Both the position numbers and the translations under genes were made by a program. A stretch of DNA of 64,000 nt, from contig NW_026515673.1 in assembly GCF_025526975.1 (NCBI RefSeq), forward strand, positions 496,001 to 560,000, given 5' to 3'. This document shows, piece by piece, positions 9,556 to 20,564 of the stretch (position 1 is the first letter of the stretch; the number at the start of each line of letters is the position of its first letter). The notes beneath the pieces are model-generated. The model worked only from the letters and a program-made list of their open reading frames with translations. It had not been told where the DNA came from and ran no database searches. Source of the stretch: Fimicolochytrium jonesii (taxonomy: Eukaryota).

Positions 9556-12090
9556 CTATTCCTTGGGTTTTGCTGGCCCAAGACGCTGAATATCACTGTC
9601 CTCGCGAATAGCTTCCCTCTTTTGTATCTTCCACTGCCGGAGTTTCGGCTTTTTCCGGACGGCCAGAAGGGGCCTAGGCTGAGGAAACCACGCTGGAACT
9701 CGCGACACCTCACTTGGCGACCATTGCCCCGCCGACACAAGCGTTGCCGTACCCACTTCACCCACTCCTTTACCCTCTCCCTCCCCAGGTGTATGCAATG
9801 GCGTCTTCGTAACACCTTCCAACGCCTCCATCTCCATCCGTACCGCCGCAGCCTTCTCCACTTCCTTCGTCGTCTCATACATCGCCAACAACCGATCCAG
9901 CGTCCTCGCAGTCGGTACAACGCCAATCTCATGCATATTCAAGAAAAAATGTTCCGCTGCCCACGGCTCCTTGAACTTGATATGGTAGCTGATCGCCGCG
10001 TCGTATATCCCTGCTTTCATTGAGGGTTCGACCTGCAGTACGGCTTCCACGTCATGCATGAGGTACCGCAGCGGCTGCAGGTACTGGTTCCGGTTGAGGT
10101 TGCCGTGATAGTTTGGACGATACATGCGTGCGTAAAACGCGTACAGTGTGACAAGACAGTCATGGTCCGGGGTGATACCGAATTGGGTAACGGTGCGTTT
10201 GAAGAACTCCAGAAGGGATTCGGCTTCGTTGGCGCGAGCGAGCATGACGAGGATCGGGTATACCGTGAGGAGGTTGGGTTTCAACCCGGAGGTGATGGCT
10301 TCGTCTAGCAGGTCTAAAACTTCTTTTTGCATTGAGAGGCGGGTGAGCTGTTTGATCATTGCGGAGTATGCTACGAGGAGGGGCGATTCTCGGGATGAAA
10401 GTGTGGTCGGTGCTGCGTTGCAGTCATTCTCCGCTCGTTTCCAATCTTTGGGATGGATTCTCGATTTCGGATCCGATTTCAGCTTTCGCAGAACCTTCAG
10501 CGCCGAATTCACATCGCCCAGATGCGTTAAACTATTGATCAGCATCGCAAGCACAACTGGATCCGCCGCTCCCTCCGCCGCGTTATCCAGCGCATGCTGC
10601 CCCAGCCGTCTCGCCGCCTCAAACTGCTTCTTCGCCATCATCACCTTCATCTGAAGCACAATCATCACCGGATCGTTCGCTCGGGGCCAGGGTACGGGCC
10701 CCGGGTTTTTGGTTTTGCGCAACGAGCTCGCTAGCAATTCTTCGGCTTCGTCTACCCGATTGTTTTGCAGGAGTCCGTGGATGAAGGTGGCGCGTAGCGC
10801 CGAGCTCTGTGATTTCGACACGACGTGGTCGGCCAGCGCAGTGTTGTAGATTGCGCGGGCCTCATTGACGTTTTGGTGCTTCATGTACCCGCGCACGAGT
10901 TCAGTGTACAGTTTCTGATCGTATGAAACACCTCGGCTGTTTATATCGCGGCGCAGGGCGTAGAAATCTGGTAAATGGGACGCCGAAGAAAAAGCTCTGG
11001 CCAGCGCTGCGTAAGTTTCCGTACTGAAAACAATGTCCAGTTCTGCGGCCTTCCTGTATATGCGTTTCGCGTCACCCACCGAGCCGTTGGCCAGATATTG
11101 TTGGATCAGCGTTCCCTGAATCCCTGGTTCGCTCCAAAAGGCCGGGTACTCTGCGCAGATCTTTTCCGCTTCTTGAACACGCCCACAGCAAGCCAGACTC
11201 ATGATAAAATGTGACATGAGTGCTTTCCCGTGTTCAGGCTCCTTGGCAAGGATGTCTGAATACTCTTGATAGAGCAGCTCAGGCCGTCCGATCTTCCCCG
11301 CAACGTCTATGCGAAGCCGGTTCAGCCAGAAAGGCATGCCCTCCTTGCTCATATCACCCACCATCGACTTCACCAGAGTTTCTGCCTCCGAGTGTGATCC
11401 CGAATCCACCAATCCTCTCAGCAGTCCCTCAAACGCCGATTCCAGACCGTCAAGACTCACACTCTCCCTCAATCGATTCAGGGCATTCACGGCGACTTGA
11501 GGATCCTTCAACGATCGCAGGAGTACGTTGACTGACGCAGGCTGATGCAATTCAACCACGTCCACCAACTCCTTAGCCTCCTTCGTGGTGACTCTGCCCT
11601 GATTGAGTCGAAGATACGCGAGCGAGTAATTGCTTTCCTTGATGTACCCCTCGTCTCGCCGTCTAATCAGATCAAGAACCTCCGCAACAGCGTCCTTTGT
11701 CCGCGTAGTCCACGTCTTCTTCCCCAACAATTGTCTGACAAAATCCTTCAGCAACTTTACATCCAGATCTTGCACACGATTAGATCCGCGAGTTCTCCAG
11801 AATGCCCGCAACGCCAGCCTTCGATCTCCATGGGACACGGCATCGGTGAATGCTTGCACGTAATCCCCTTCAGGATTTGCGAGCTCTATTCTGAGTGGGG
11901 CAGCTCGAACTTCGAAATGCTTTACACGCTTGCCTTCACCCGGAAAAGCGGTGCCGCTGGTTGGACGCCCATGGAACTGAGCCGAGCCACCTGACCATAG
12001 GCACGGTGTAAGCAGAACGCGAAGATCCCGGGACAGCTGGTGCTTGGATGCCTGTTGAACAATTTCCTTGGCCGTCCTCGACACTAACAT
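9556..12090 (-). CDS. Pentatricopeptide-repeat (PPR) protein, probably mitochondrial; apparently intronless
   Basis: 844-aa ORF with ~35-aa helical repeats (ETYAALARAF, KLYTELVRGY, VAYSAMIKQL..GLKPN, GIYDAAISYH..GVVPT). Confidence 0.8.
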   Translation of the reverse strand: MLVSRTAKEIVQQASKHQLSRDLRVLLTPCLWSGGSAQFHGRPTSGTAFPGEGKRVKHFEVRAAPLRIELANPEGDYVQAFTDAVSHGDRRLALRAFWRTRGSNRVQDLDVKLLKDFVRQLLGKKTWTTRTKDAVAEVLDLIRRRDEGYIKESNYSLAYLRLNQGRVTTKEAKELVDVVELHQPASVNVLLRSLKDPQVAVNALNRLRESVSLDGLESAFEGLLRGLVDSGSHSEAETLVKSMVGDMSKEGMPFWLNRLRIDVAGKIGRPELLYQEYSDILAKEPEHGKALMSHFIMSLACCGRVQEAEKICAEYPAFWSEPGIQGTLIQQYLANGSVGDAKRIYRKAAELDIVFSTETYAALARAFSSASHLPDFYALRRDINSRGVSYDQKLYTELVRGYMKHQNVNEARAIYNTALADHVVSKSQSSALRATFIHGLLQNNRVDEAEELLASSLRKTKNPGPVPWPRANDPVMIVLQMKVMMAKKQFEAARRLGQHALDNAAEGAADPVVLAMLINSLTHLGDVNSALKVLRKLKSDPKSRIHPKDWKRAENDCNAAPTTLSSRESPLLVAYSAMIKQLTRLSMQKEVLDLLDEAITSGLKPNLLTVYPILVMLARANEAESLLEFFKRTVTQFGITPDHDCLVTLYAFYARMYRPNYHGNLNRNQYLQPLRYLMHDVEAVLQVEPSMKAGIYDAAISYHIKFKEPWAAEHFFLNMHEIGVVPTARTLDRLLAMYETTKEVEKAAAVRMEMEALEGVTKTPLHTPGEGEGKGVGEVGTATLVSAGQWSPSEVSRVPAWFPQPRPLLAVRKKPKLRQWKIQKREAIREDSDIQRLGPAKPKE

Positions 12091-12507
12091 TCGCGGCGGG
12101 GTGCAGATGGTACCGATGTCTGCCCTGGGAAGTTATGCCACTCCGATAGCTCGAATACTATGTGACGACCTGTGAGGCCTCCAGCGTTTGGGACACTTAG
12201 CTCAAGTGGCGACAGTAGTAAAATTTCGAGCGTCGGGAAACTTTAAGCTTAAATGGCGTCTATCTGCTGACCTCCTTTGTCGGGCGCAAATCTTCGAAAG
12301 TTGCTTACGACGCTTCTTCTCCGTCTTCGGGGTATTATCCGCAGTGTACAAGGGCTCGTCTTTCTGCAAGGGCAGATTCCGTTCCAGCACAAAGTCTATC
12401 TTGAACCCTTCTCACCATTCTGAAGCCATCCCGTTGAAAGTGTCGCGAATCCCGTCGTTCGCGAACAGCCTCGTGGCGCTGCTGTTGACCGTCCGCTTCC
12501 TTGGTCG

Positions 12508-15500
12508 ATGTATCGCAGGCTGACCTTCATCTTGACCGGCTCGCTCGTCGTCGTCTGTCACCATCAGCCTCTGCACACTACCGCTGCAATGCTACCGCCG
12601 CCGCCTCCAGCCGCTGCAACCGCTGCGAGTCCCCAGGGAACGGCACCACCACCTCAAACGGGCTACCATCACGACCCACATGCGACTTTAGCACGCCTCA
12701 ACAGCTCAAAAGGTCAACTCAAAACCATCCGGAACAAATTCGAAGCAGCCCAACGAGCTGGCAAAATCCCAGATACCCGAACATCTAGCGCCAATCCATC
12801 GCCAATAGGGTCGAAAGGGACGAGTCCGGAAGGCAGTTTTGAGGCGCTCAACACGCCAAATCGACCTCCCATCGCGCCGCACAACGGGCACCCACCTCCC
12901 CTCAGGCGTCCTGGAAGTGTGGGCTTGTTTTCCGTGCCCTTACCTGCAAATGAACAGCCGGCTGCACCGGCTTCTCCTCGCCGCTCATCTGTCGATAATG
13001 GTCCTCCTCGTCGGCAGTCAGTAGATAACGGTCCTCCTCGCCGCCAGTCCATCAATAATGGCCGGACAACACCGCTAAGCCCTAGGAAAAACCTATCACC
13101 AACTGACAATGGCACTGCGGATTTGCAAAACCAGCTTTCTGAGGCCCATCTTCACGTTCAAGCAATGATGAGGCAGCAAGACAACACCACGAACGAGAGC
13201 AAAGAGGCGATTCTTGCCCAGCAGAAACATAAAGAGGAATACGAAGCTAAGGTCGAGGAGCTCAATAGAAAAATTAAAGAACTGATGGCTGCCGAGGATC
13301 AGAAGCAGGAATTGGAAAACAAGAACCGTGAGCTGCAGAGCGAGCTTGACAGGAAGGACGAAGAGTTCAACTCACAGAAGGAAGCGGTCGTCACGCGACT
13401 GATTGAACATTTCAAGGAGCAAATGGACGAGGCATTTTCGGCTCGCGACACCGCCGAAGCAGAGCTCATAGAAGTGAAAAACAACTCCACCGCACTCAGT
13501 GCCGAATTGCACGCAGCGAACGACACGGTCACGCGCCTAAACGCAGAAATAGAAGCCTGGAGAACCAAACCACCAGACGAAAGTCTCGTCAAGTCCTTTG
13601 AAGAACAGAAGACACAGTACGAATCCAAAATCAAAGAACTTGAGTTTGCACTTGTGAAGAAAGACGAGGATTTCGCGGCCGAGAAGCAGGTTACCGTGGA
13701 ACGCATCATCGAGCATCTAAAAGAGCAGGCCGACGCGTCTATTCAAGAATTCGAAGCTGAACGCGATGAAGCGCAGAACAACGTTGTTGCGTTGACTTCT
13801 GAGTTGGATACCGCCAAATCCACCATTACAGAGCTCAGGGCTGAATTGGATACCGCGAAATCGACCATTACAGAGCTCAACGACCAACTGGGCACTCTTA
13901 CACAACGTGTTGAGGAACAGACCACAAAGATCTCCGAAATTCAATCTGAAATCGATCGCAAGGATGAAGATCACGCTAACGACAAACATGAGACACTCAG
14001 CAACATCATCTCCCATCTCAAAATTCACATGGACGAGGCGTCGGAGGCGGTTGTGACTGCCCACAATGAACGCGACGCCGAGAGAGTTCGTGCAGACGAG
14101 CTTCAATCGCAACTCGACACTTTGAATGAGATCAAAGCGGCACTCGAGGCTTCGCTCGCTACCGAGAAGGAACGGGCCGCCACGAGCGCCCAAAACACAG
14201 AAGCGGAGCTTGAAGCGATGCGCACGGAACGAGCGACATTCGACGCGTCACTGGCGTCGTACATTGCCAGTCTTGACGCAGCAAACGAGCAGATTGCTCA
14301 ACTGACCTCTGCTTTGAAGGATTCTCATACGGAGCGCAACGCTGCAAACGCTCGCGCTGACGAATTGCATGCAGTCAAAACGACATTGGAACAGGAGCTC
14401 GCGGCGGAAACTGAACGCGCCGACTCCATGCAGGCTTATCTAACCGAAGCCAATTCTCTCCGAGCTGAATTGGCGGCTGAGCGGGAGGCTGCCAACGGCC
14501 GGATTTCGGAACTGGAATCGGTTTTACAGGCCGCTCAGAATGAGCGGGATGATGCGAACGCTCGGGCCGAGAAATCGCAGCAAGATTTGGACCATTTGCA
14601 TGCCGAGAAAGCGTCCCTCGAGGCATCTTTGGCGCAGGGAACGGATAGGGACAACATTGCTGAATCGCTCTCTGCTGAGCTCGAGACCTTGCGCGCGGAG
14701 AAAGCCAATATCGACGCCCACCTAGCCGACAGGCTTGCCGAACTGCAATCTGCCAACGAATACATATCTCAACTCAACGATGCCCTTTTCCAGGCCGAGA
14801 ACGAACGAACCGCCGATAAGGACCGCATATACCACATGAGCGGCGAACTCGACCGATTGTACGAAGTCAAGGCCTCCCTTGAGACCTCGCTGGCGGAGGA
14901 AGCCGAGCGGGCGGCTGCGGCTGAAGCGTACTGTGGCGAGACGGACGCCCTGAGAGCCGAGAAGCAGGATTGGGATGCCTCGTTGGCGGAGCAGGCTGCA
15001 GATCTGGATACGGCGAATGGACACATTGTTCATCTGAATGGAGAGCTTGGAAGGATGCGGTCGATGTTGGACAGTTACGCGAATGGCGCGCATGACGGTA
15101 GCGCGGGAGGACATCCTGCGCCGCCATCACAGCACGGCGGTATGCCGAACGGCACCTCCAACTACGCACCTCCTCCCGTCAACGGCGACACACACACCAG
15201 CGACTCCCACCTCGCCCAACGCGTCCACCAACTCGAAGCCGAGATCTCCGAACTCCGAGGTCTCATGGCCGAAACCGACGCCGTCCTCGAACACCACGAG
15301 ACAACCACCGAATCAACCAAACGAGAATACCAATCCTACATCGCGCAACTAGAGTCTGAGGTCGCGTACCTGCGTTCCTCCAACTGCACCAACTCACACC
15401 ACGACGGACTTAACACTACCGGCACGTCGTTCTCGTGCATCGATGAGGACGAGCATGTGTTTTTGAAATTGGAGAATAGGCGGTTGATGGATATTGTGGA

Positions 15501-15594
15501 GAAGCAGGCCGCGACATTTGAGGAAGAAAGGGGGTTGCTGGTTACGCTGTGCGAGGAGGTGGCTATGAAGCCGTTTGATGAGATTACTTTGTGA
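12508..15594 (+). CDS. Long coiled-coil protein with a Pro/Ser-rich N-terminus and internal repeats (start may be the ATG at 12589)
   Basis: 1028-aa ORF, heptad-rich E/K/A/L composition, repeated KAxLExxLA.E.ERA blocks. Confidence 0.75.
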   Translation: MYRRLTFILTGSLVVVCHHQPLHTTAAMLPPPPPAAATAASPQGTAPPPQTGYHHDPHATLARLNSSKGQLKTIRNKFEAAQRAGKIPDTRTSSANPSPIGSKGTSPEGSFEALNTPNRPPIAPHNGHPPPLRRPGSVGLFSVPLPANEQPAAPASPRRSSVDNGPPRRQSVDNGPPRRQSINNGRTTPLSPRKNLSPTDNGTADLQNQLSEAHLHVQAMMRQQDNTTNESKEAILAQQKHKEEYEAKVEELNRKIKELMAAEDQKQELENKNRELQSELDRKDEEFNSQKEAVVTRLIEHFKEQMDEAFSARDTAEAELIEVKNNSTALSAELHAANDTVTRLNAEIEAWRTKPPDESLVKSFEEQKTQYESKIKELEFALVKKDEDFAAEKQVTVERIIEHLKEQADASIQEFEAERDEAQNNVVALTSELDTAKSTITELRAELDTAKSTITELNDQLGTLTQRVEEQTTKISEIQSEIDRKDEDHANDKHETLSNIISHLKIHMDEASEAVVTAHNERDAERVRADELQSQLDTLNEIKAALEASLATEKERAATSAQNTEAELEAMRTERATFDASLASYIASLDAANEQIAQLTSALKDSHTERNAANARADELHAVKTTLEQELAAETERADSMQAYLTEANSLRAELAAEREAANGRISELESVLQAAQNERDDANARAEKSQQDLDHLHAEKASLEASLAQGTDRDNIAESLSAELETLRAEKANIDAHLADRLAELQSANEYISQLNDALFQAENERTADKDRIYHMSGELDRLYEVKASLETSLAEEAERAAAAEAYCGETDALRAEKQDWDASLAEQAADLDTANGHIVHLNGELGRMRSMLDSYANGAHDGSAGGHPAPPSQHGGMPNGTSNYAPPPVNGDTHTSDSHLAQRVHQLEAEISELRGLMAETDAVLEHHETTTESTKREYQSYIAQLESEVAYLRSSNCTNSHHDGLNTTGTSFSCIDEDEHVFLKLENRRLMDIVEKQAATFEEERGLLVTLCEEVAMKPFDEITL

Positions 15595-16168
15595 GGAGTG
15601 GAAGTGGCGATGGGGTGGGAGCGTTGGGAGATGTTATGGGGGTTGGGATTCATTGTCAGGCTTGATCTGAAACTCATGCATGTTCTGGACGACGGTTTTG
15701 GGTAGGAAGAAAGAACTTCATCACTTGAATGGAAAAATATTATGAGCAATGATCCGCCGGCGAGCAAGTCCGACGCAAGAGTCGCAAGAGTCCTGTTTTG
15801 AGTGTTTCCTGTGACTGGTTCCCGGAGGCTTTTGCCCTCCGGTGCGCGCTTAATCTCCCTTTGACGCGTGCGCCCCCTGCGAAAAGCACGCACGAGCCTC
15901 GTGGCCGCGACAAGACCCCCCGCCCACCTGGGAACTCTGCAACGCCCGCAACAACGCCGTTCATGTTGTTTTGTTTTCGGAGTATCGACACTGCGTTCAA
16001 AAGCGGCTGCACTTCGCACCGGTAGGAAGCTCGCCATTGCGACGCATTGGTGTTGGAAAGAAGGACGCATACATAGCTCGCACCACCTCATTGTATTCGG
16101 TGAACGGCGTTACACCAAGCTGCAGGTTGGGTCTCCCCTGACAACTTCAATAGTTCATTTCCCGCACC

Positions 16169-17902
16169 ATGTCTGCTCACGACGGCCGTATCAGCCCACT
16201 TCCGCCTCACTCGTCCGAGGAAAGCTCCGAACGGTCGTTCAACGCGGTGACCAACGTGAGCGATGCCAAGGTCGCATCCTCCGCCCCCACCGCCAATTCC
16301 AACGATGGCACGGCGACTCCGAAGGCCGAAGAGTCGACACACCTTGCCCACGGTTCCTGGTGGCATACGCACTACATCTTCCCTCATATCATCTCCAAAC
16401 CGCTCTTTGTCCTCTACATCGTAACAGGGCTCATTATCGCCATCTACGCTCTTTGCTACTTGCACGCGACATGGGATCCTATGTCGCATCTCCCGAACGT
16501 TCCCGTTGCCATATGCAATGACGATGTTGGGTACCAAGCTCTGGGCGACTACGACCCGCCATCGCAGGCGGTCGCCAAAGCGCTCACAAACGGCGGCACA
16601 CCGGTTGGCCAGTCTATCACCAGCGGGCTTTTGAATACGCCTGCGCTGCGGAACCGGTTGGCGTGGAATGACCTCAGCGGGCAAAAGTTGACGCATGAAG
16701 ATATCATTTCGTTGGTGGATCACGGAGACTACTGGGGAGTCGTGTACATTCCCGCCAACTTTTCGGACAACTTCCTCACCAACCTTCGCCTGAACGTTTC
16801 GGGAACCGGGGCACCAAGAGCGGCGGTTCCCCTATCGGCGGAGTACATTTTTGATCAAGGCCGGAGTTTGACCGTGTCCAACTACGTCAGCGGCGTCGTT
16901 ACGGCCTCCATGTCGGCCTTGTCACAGCAGTTTGGGATGAAACTGTTGAATGCGACAGAATCCAACCCGAATATCGTGAAACCGGTGTTTTACATGTCGC
17001 CGTTTTCTTTGGCGTCAGGGAAAAGGCATGCGGTTCTTACTTTCGGGGCGAATCTAGTAACCTATATCGTTTTGTTGCTGATGTGGTTGGGGGCGATGCT
17101 ATCCGTCACTGGTGAGCGGCAAGGACTCTTTCCATATCGAAATGGGAAAGAAACACACCCTTAACATCATTACCCTCCATCAGTCATCCACAAAGTCATG
17201 CTCCCCCAGATCCCCCACCTTACCGGAGTCAAAACCCACCCCTCGCACCACCCCGTTCGTTTCAACTCTTTGCAAATTATCCTCGCCACACACCTAGCGG
17301 GCTTCCTCTTCTCCTTCGTGCAAGCCTCCATCGTTTTTATCATCGTCTACACCCTGCCTCACATCACGGACGACGGTACCGACCTCCTGTTTTCATGGCC
17401 GCCTGGCCTGACGTATGGGTTCATCTGGTTCTTCTCTTTCGCGTGTATTGGACTGGTGAATGTGTTTGCGACGCTGGTGGGACCGGATGCGTTCCCGCTT
17501 ATTGCGAGTTTGCTGCTGATTTTGCAGTTGGTTAGCTCTGGAGGACTTGTCGATCATGTAAGCAGCATCGGTCTTTCCGCGTGGTGTACTAACTCTCTCG
17601 TGTTTTCGACTGTATGCTCACGATTATCGCTCTTTCCAAACATACAGGTCGCCATGCCAGAATTTTTCAAAATCGGTTACGGCCTTCCTTTTTACCATGG
17701 CCTCAAAATTATGAAGGTGCTCCTCTTCAATAGCCAAGCGCACACCTTCACGCGCTCATACCTCGTTCTTACGGCCTACATCGTCGGCACATTCGTCGTC
17801 TCCGCTGTCATCGGCTCGTTGAGGCTGTCCAAATGGAAGAAGAGCAGGCTCGTGACGGATATGGAGGTCCTGGGTGGGAGTTCCAAGATTGCCGCCGTCT
17901 GA
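16169..17902 (+). CDS. YhgE/Pip / SNG1(DUF3533)-like membrane protein, 3 exons
   Basis: ATWDPMSHLPNVPVAICNDDVG and GDYWGVVYIPANFS are typical of the YhgE/Pip N-domain; multi-TM C-terminus with LLILQLVSSGG and FFKIGYGLPFYHG. Confidence 0.7.
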
Positions 17903-18120
17903 TGTGGGGCACAAAGCGTTATTTCATAATCCTGGACACAGTAGTGGATACGGAGAGTAGGTAGAGACTAGCTACATCCATGTATATTTATTCGAAGGAC
18001 TGTCAAAAAGCAACTTGAGAGCCGTTCTTGATCTATACCACGTCGCATTGGTGCACGTAGATGACATCTACGGGTGAGACTTGGTGGCAGATATGATTCC
18101 AAAAAAAAAGCATCCAATTA

Positions 18121-20217
18121 TCAATCCGCATCCAAATCCAACAACTCATGCAGGTACTTAAACAGCGAGCAATCCGCCAACTTCATCCCCGCCGCCATAT
18201 TACCCCGCAGTTCCTCATGAAACAGTCGCACCATCTTGAACAGCGTTCCCGCTGTGACGCCTCGATCCGCCAGCCTTGCTCGGATGACTGCCAAATCGTC
18301 CCCAAACTCGGTCTGCCCGAACGTGAAATATCTCACGCCCCGGGAATGCGCCGACGCCGCAATAAGCTGGATGATGGCTTTCAGCTCCAGGTCGCCTGCA
18401 AACGCTCCACACCCCCAATTCCCTGTTGCGATCGCCGATGGCGGACCCGATCCGGATGCAGATAGGGGTTTGAACGCGATATAGGCCTTTTTGAGCTCAC
18501 GCTCGATCGCCCACAGCTTATACTGCTCCGTTTTTGGCTTGTTGGCAAAGAACAGCGCGTCCATGGCCACGATCTGCGTCCTGCGGCGGTTATCGTCCGT
18601 GTCGACGTAGTTGCCCGCCCATCGGAAGGTGTCTGCGTAACCCGAGTACTGAGAGAAGCGTTCCACCCCGACAATCACCACGGCTTCATGGTCGTGCAAG
18701 CGTTCAATGAAGAGGCGGGTTATGAGGAGTTCCGGGTTGATAAGGAACCGGATCTCCTCCTGCACACAGCCAGAATTGAGAACGCCACCCCCGATGAATT
18801 TGTTGGCGAAGTCGGCCTGCAGGAGTCCAGATGCGTCATCTTCGATTGTTCCAGTGTTGCGCACTTCGAGATCGCAGAGGGGCATGTTTAAAGACTCCCA
18901 GGCGGGAAATCCCTGTTCTGGCAAGACACATCGATGGAATGTGACGAAGCCTGTCGGCGCTGTCGACAACCCACACAATAAAGTGTCAACCAATGCGGAT
19001 GACGACCACGGAAAACCAAACGACCACGGACTTACCGTTCTTGATGACCCGGGCAAAGTAATGAAACACCATGTCCAACTTCGCCATCTTTGCCGCGTTC
19101 CGCTCCGCAATCTTCGCCCGTGAGAAAAGGCTATCGAAGTTGATCGTGGGATACCCGGCAAACTCCGCATCCTTTCCAAAATCGTTCCGGCTCGGGAACG
19201 TGCAAAAGAACGCGTTGGCCAACAGCACAGCAATCTCGATCTGGCTGAGGGTTATGTGGGTGTCGAAGGACTGCTTCAGCAGTGGTATGGATTCCGAGTT
19301 CGGGAAGTAGTCAAGGAGTCTCAGCGCCAAAGCGCACATCCCTGGCAAAAGGGTTGAGAAAATGAAGTTCTTGTTGGGTCCGTTGATGTATCGCTCGAGG
19401 TTGGCGAAGGTCCACCGTCCACGATGTCGTGGATTATACGCCAAGATAGCTTCCTGTTAGGGGCATGGGGAGAAGAGCCTGGGTACGCCGGCTACCAGCA
19501 CATCTGGCAACAAGTAGTATCGGAGCATACCTTTAGCTCGTCCGCTGATGTAATAGGCGTGGAAAGCGACTGACAGATGACCATCCATGTCGGAATTCTG
19601 TTGCCGTGGCCATCCCTCAACACGTTTTCGGGATCACTAGGCATCAAGACTTTGTCTCTATCTCGTCGCATTTCGATCGCTCTCCCAGGCGTCGTTCCTT
19701 CAAGTCCTTCACGACCGTCATTTCTCACCGATGGGCCGACATTTGATCCACCTCTGCCATCTCCCGACCACTGCCGTTTACGTGCATTGTCTCCCACTTT
19801 GTGTACCGGCGTGTTATTCCCGGAAGCAGGTGGCGCCGGGTCGTCGTCGACATCCGTCCCACTCCCACTGCCGTTATCTTCGATTTCCGTCTCGTCGCCA
19901 TACAGCTCACTCCAAGTTGGTTTCAACTTTGGCGTCGCCGGTGTCACGTCGGAGGCCTTCCCCGAGGAACCGCCCGCCGCTGCTGCATAGGAAAAGCTGC
20001 TTCCACTCCGGTCACCGCGTCCACTACCGCTGCTCTGTCCTTGATTCCTCTGCTTCCAAACACCGTTTTGCCCTGTTTTATCAACGTGAAAATACTTGGA
20101 CGTCTCGCTTTGATCTTCCTGACTCGATCGTACCGGTGGTGAGGGTCGGGACGGACGGACGAAGGAAAGCGTGGTCTGCACGAAACGACCGCCGGGTTTG
20201 CCCCGGCCTCGCTTCAT
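18121..20217 (-). CDS. PARG: Poly(ADP-ribose) glycohydrolase, canonical type, 3 exons
   Basis: Catalytic ADFANKFIGGGVLNSGCVQEEIRF, ATGNWGCGAF, LLANAFFCTFP; disordered N-terminal exon. Confidence 0.92.
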
Positions 20218-20564
20218 TCAAGATGCTTACGGTAACTTTGGTGTACTAACTAATGACAGATACTTCTGCCTGTAGTGCTATCTTTTCTACCGTTTTGGAA
20301 AATAGTCTGTCCGGCTGCTTTACTTCGTCAGCTTCTGTCAGACTCCCGTGGGTCGAAAGACTCTCAAAAGAGTCAAACGACGCGCATTGCCCTCTGCACT
20401 GCCTCTGCAAGATTGTCGGAGCCACGAATGCCACCTGAATGCCACCCTTACCTTCCTGGCACCTTGCTGGCTTGTACAGTATATGTAGAGAGACTGTGGA
20501 GATTTGAGCATCATACGGGACTCCATACCTTGAACAACTCCCCAGACTTAGAGTAGCTCTTTCA

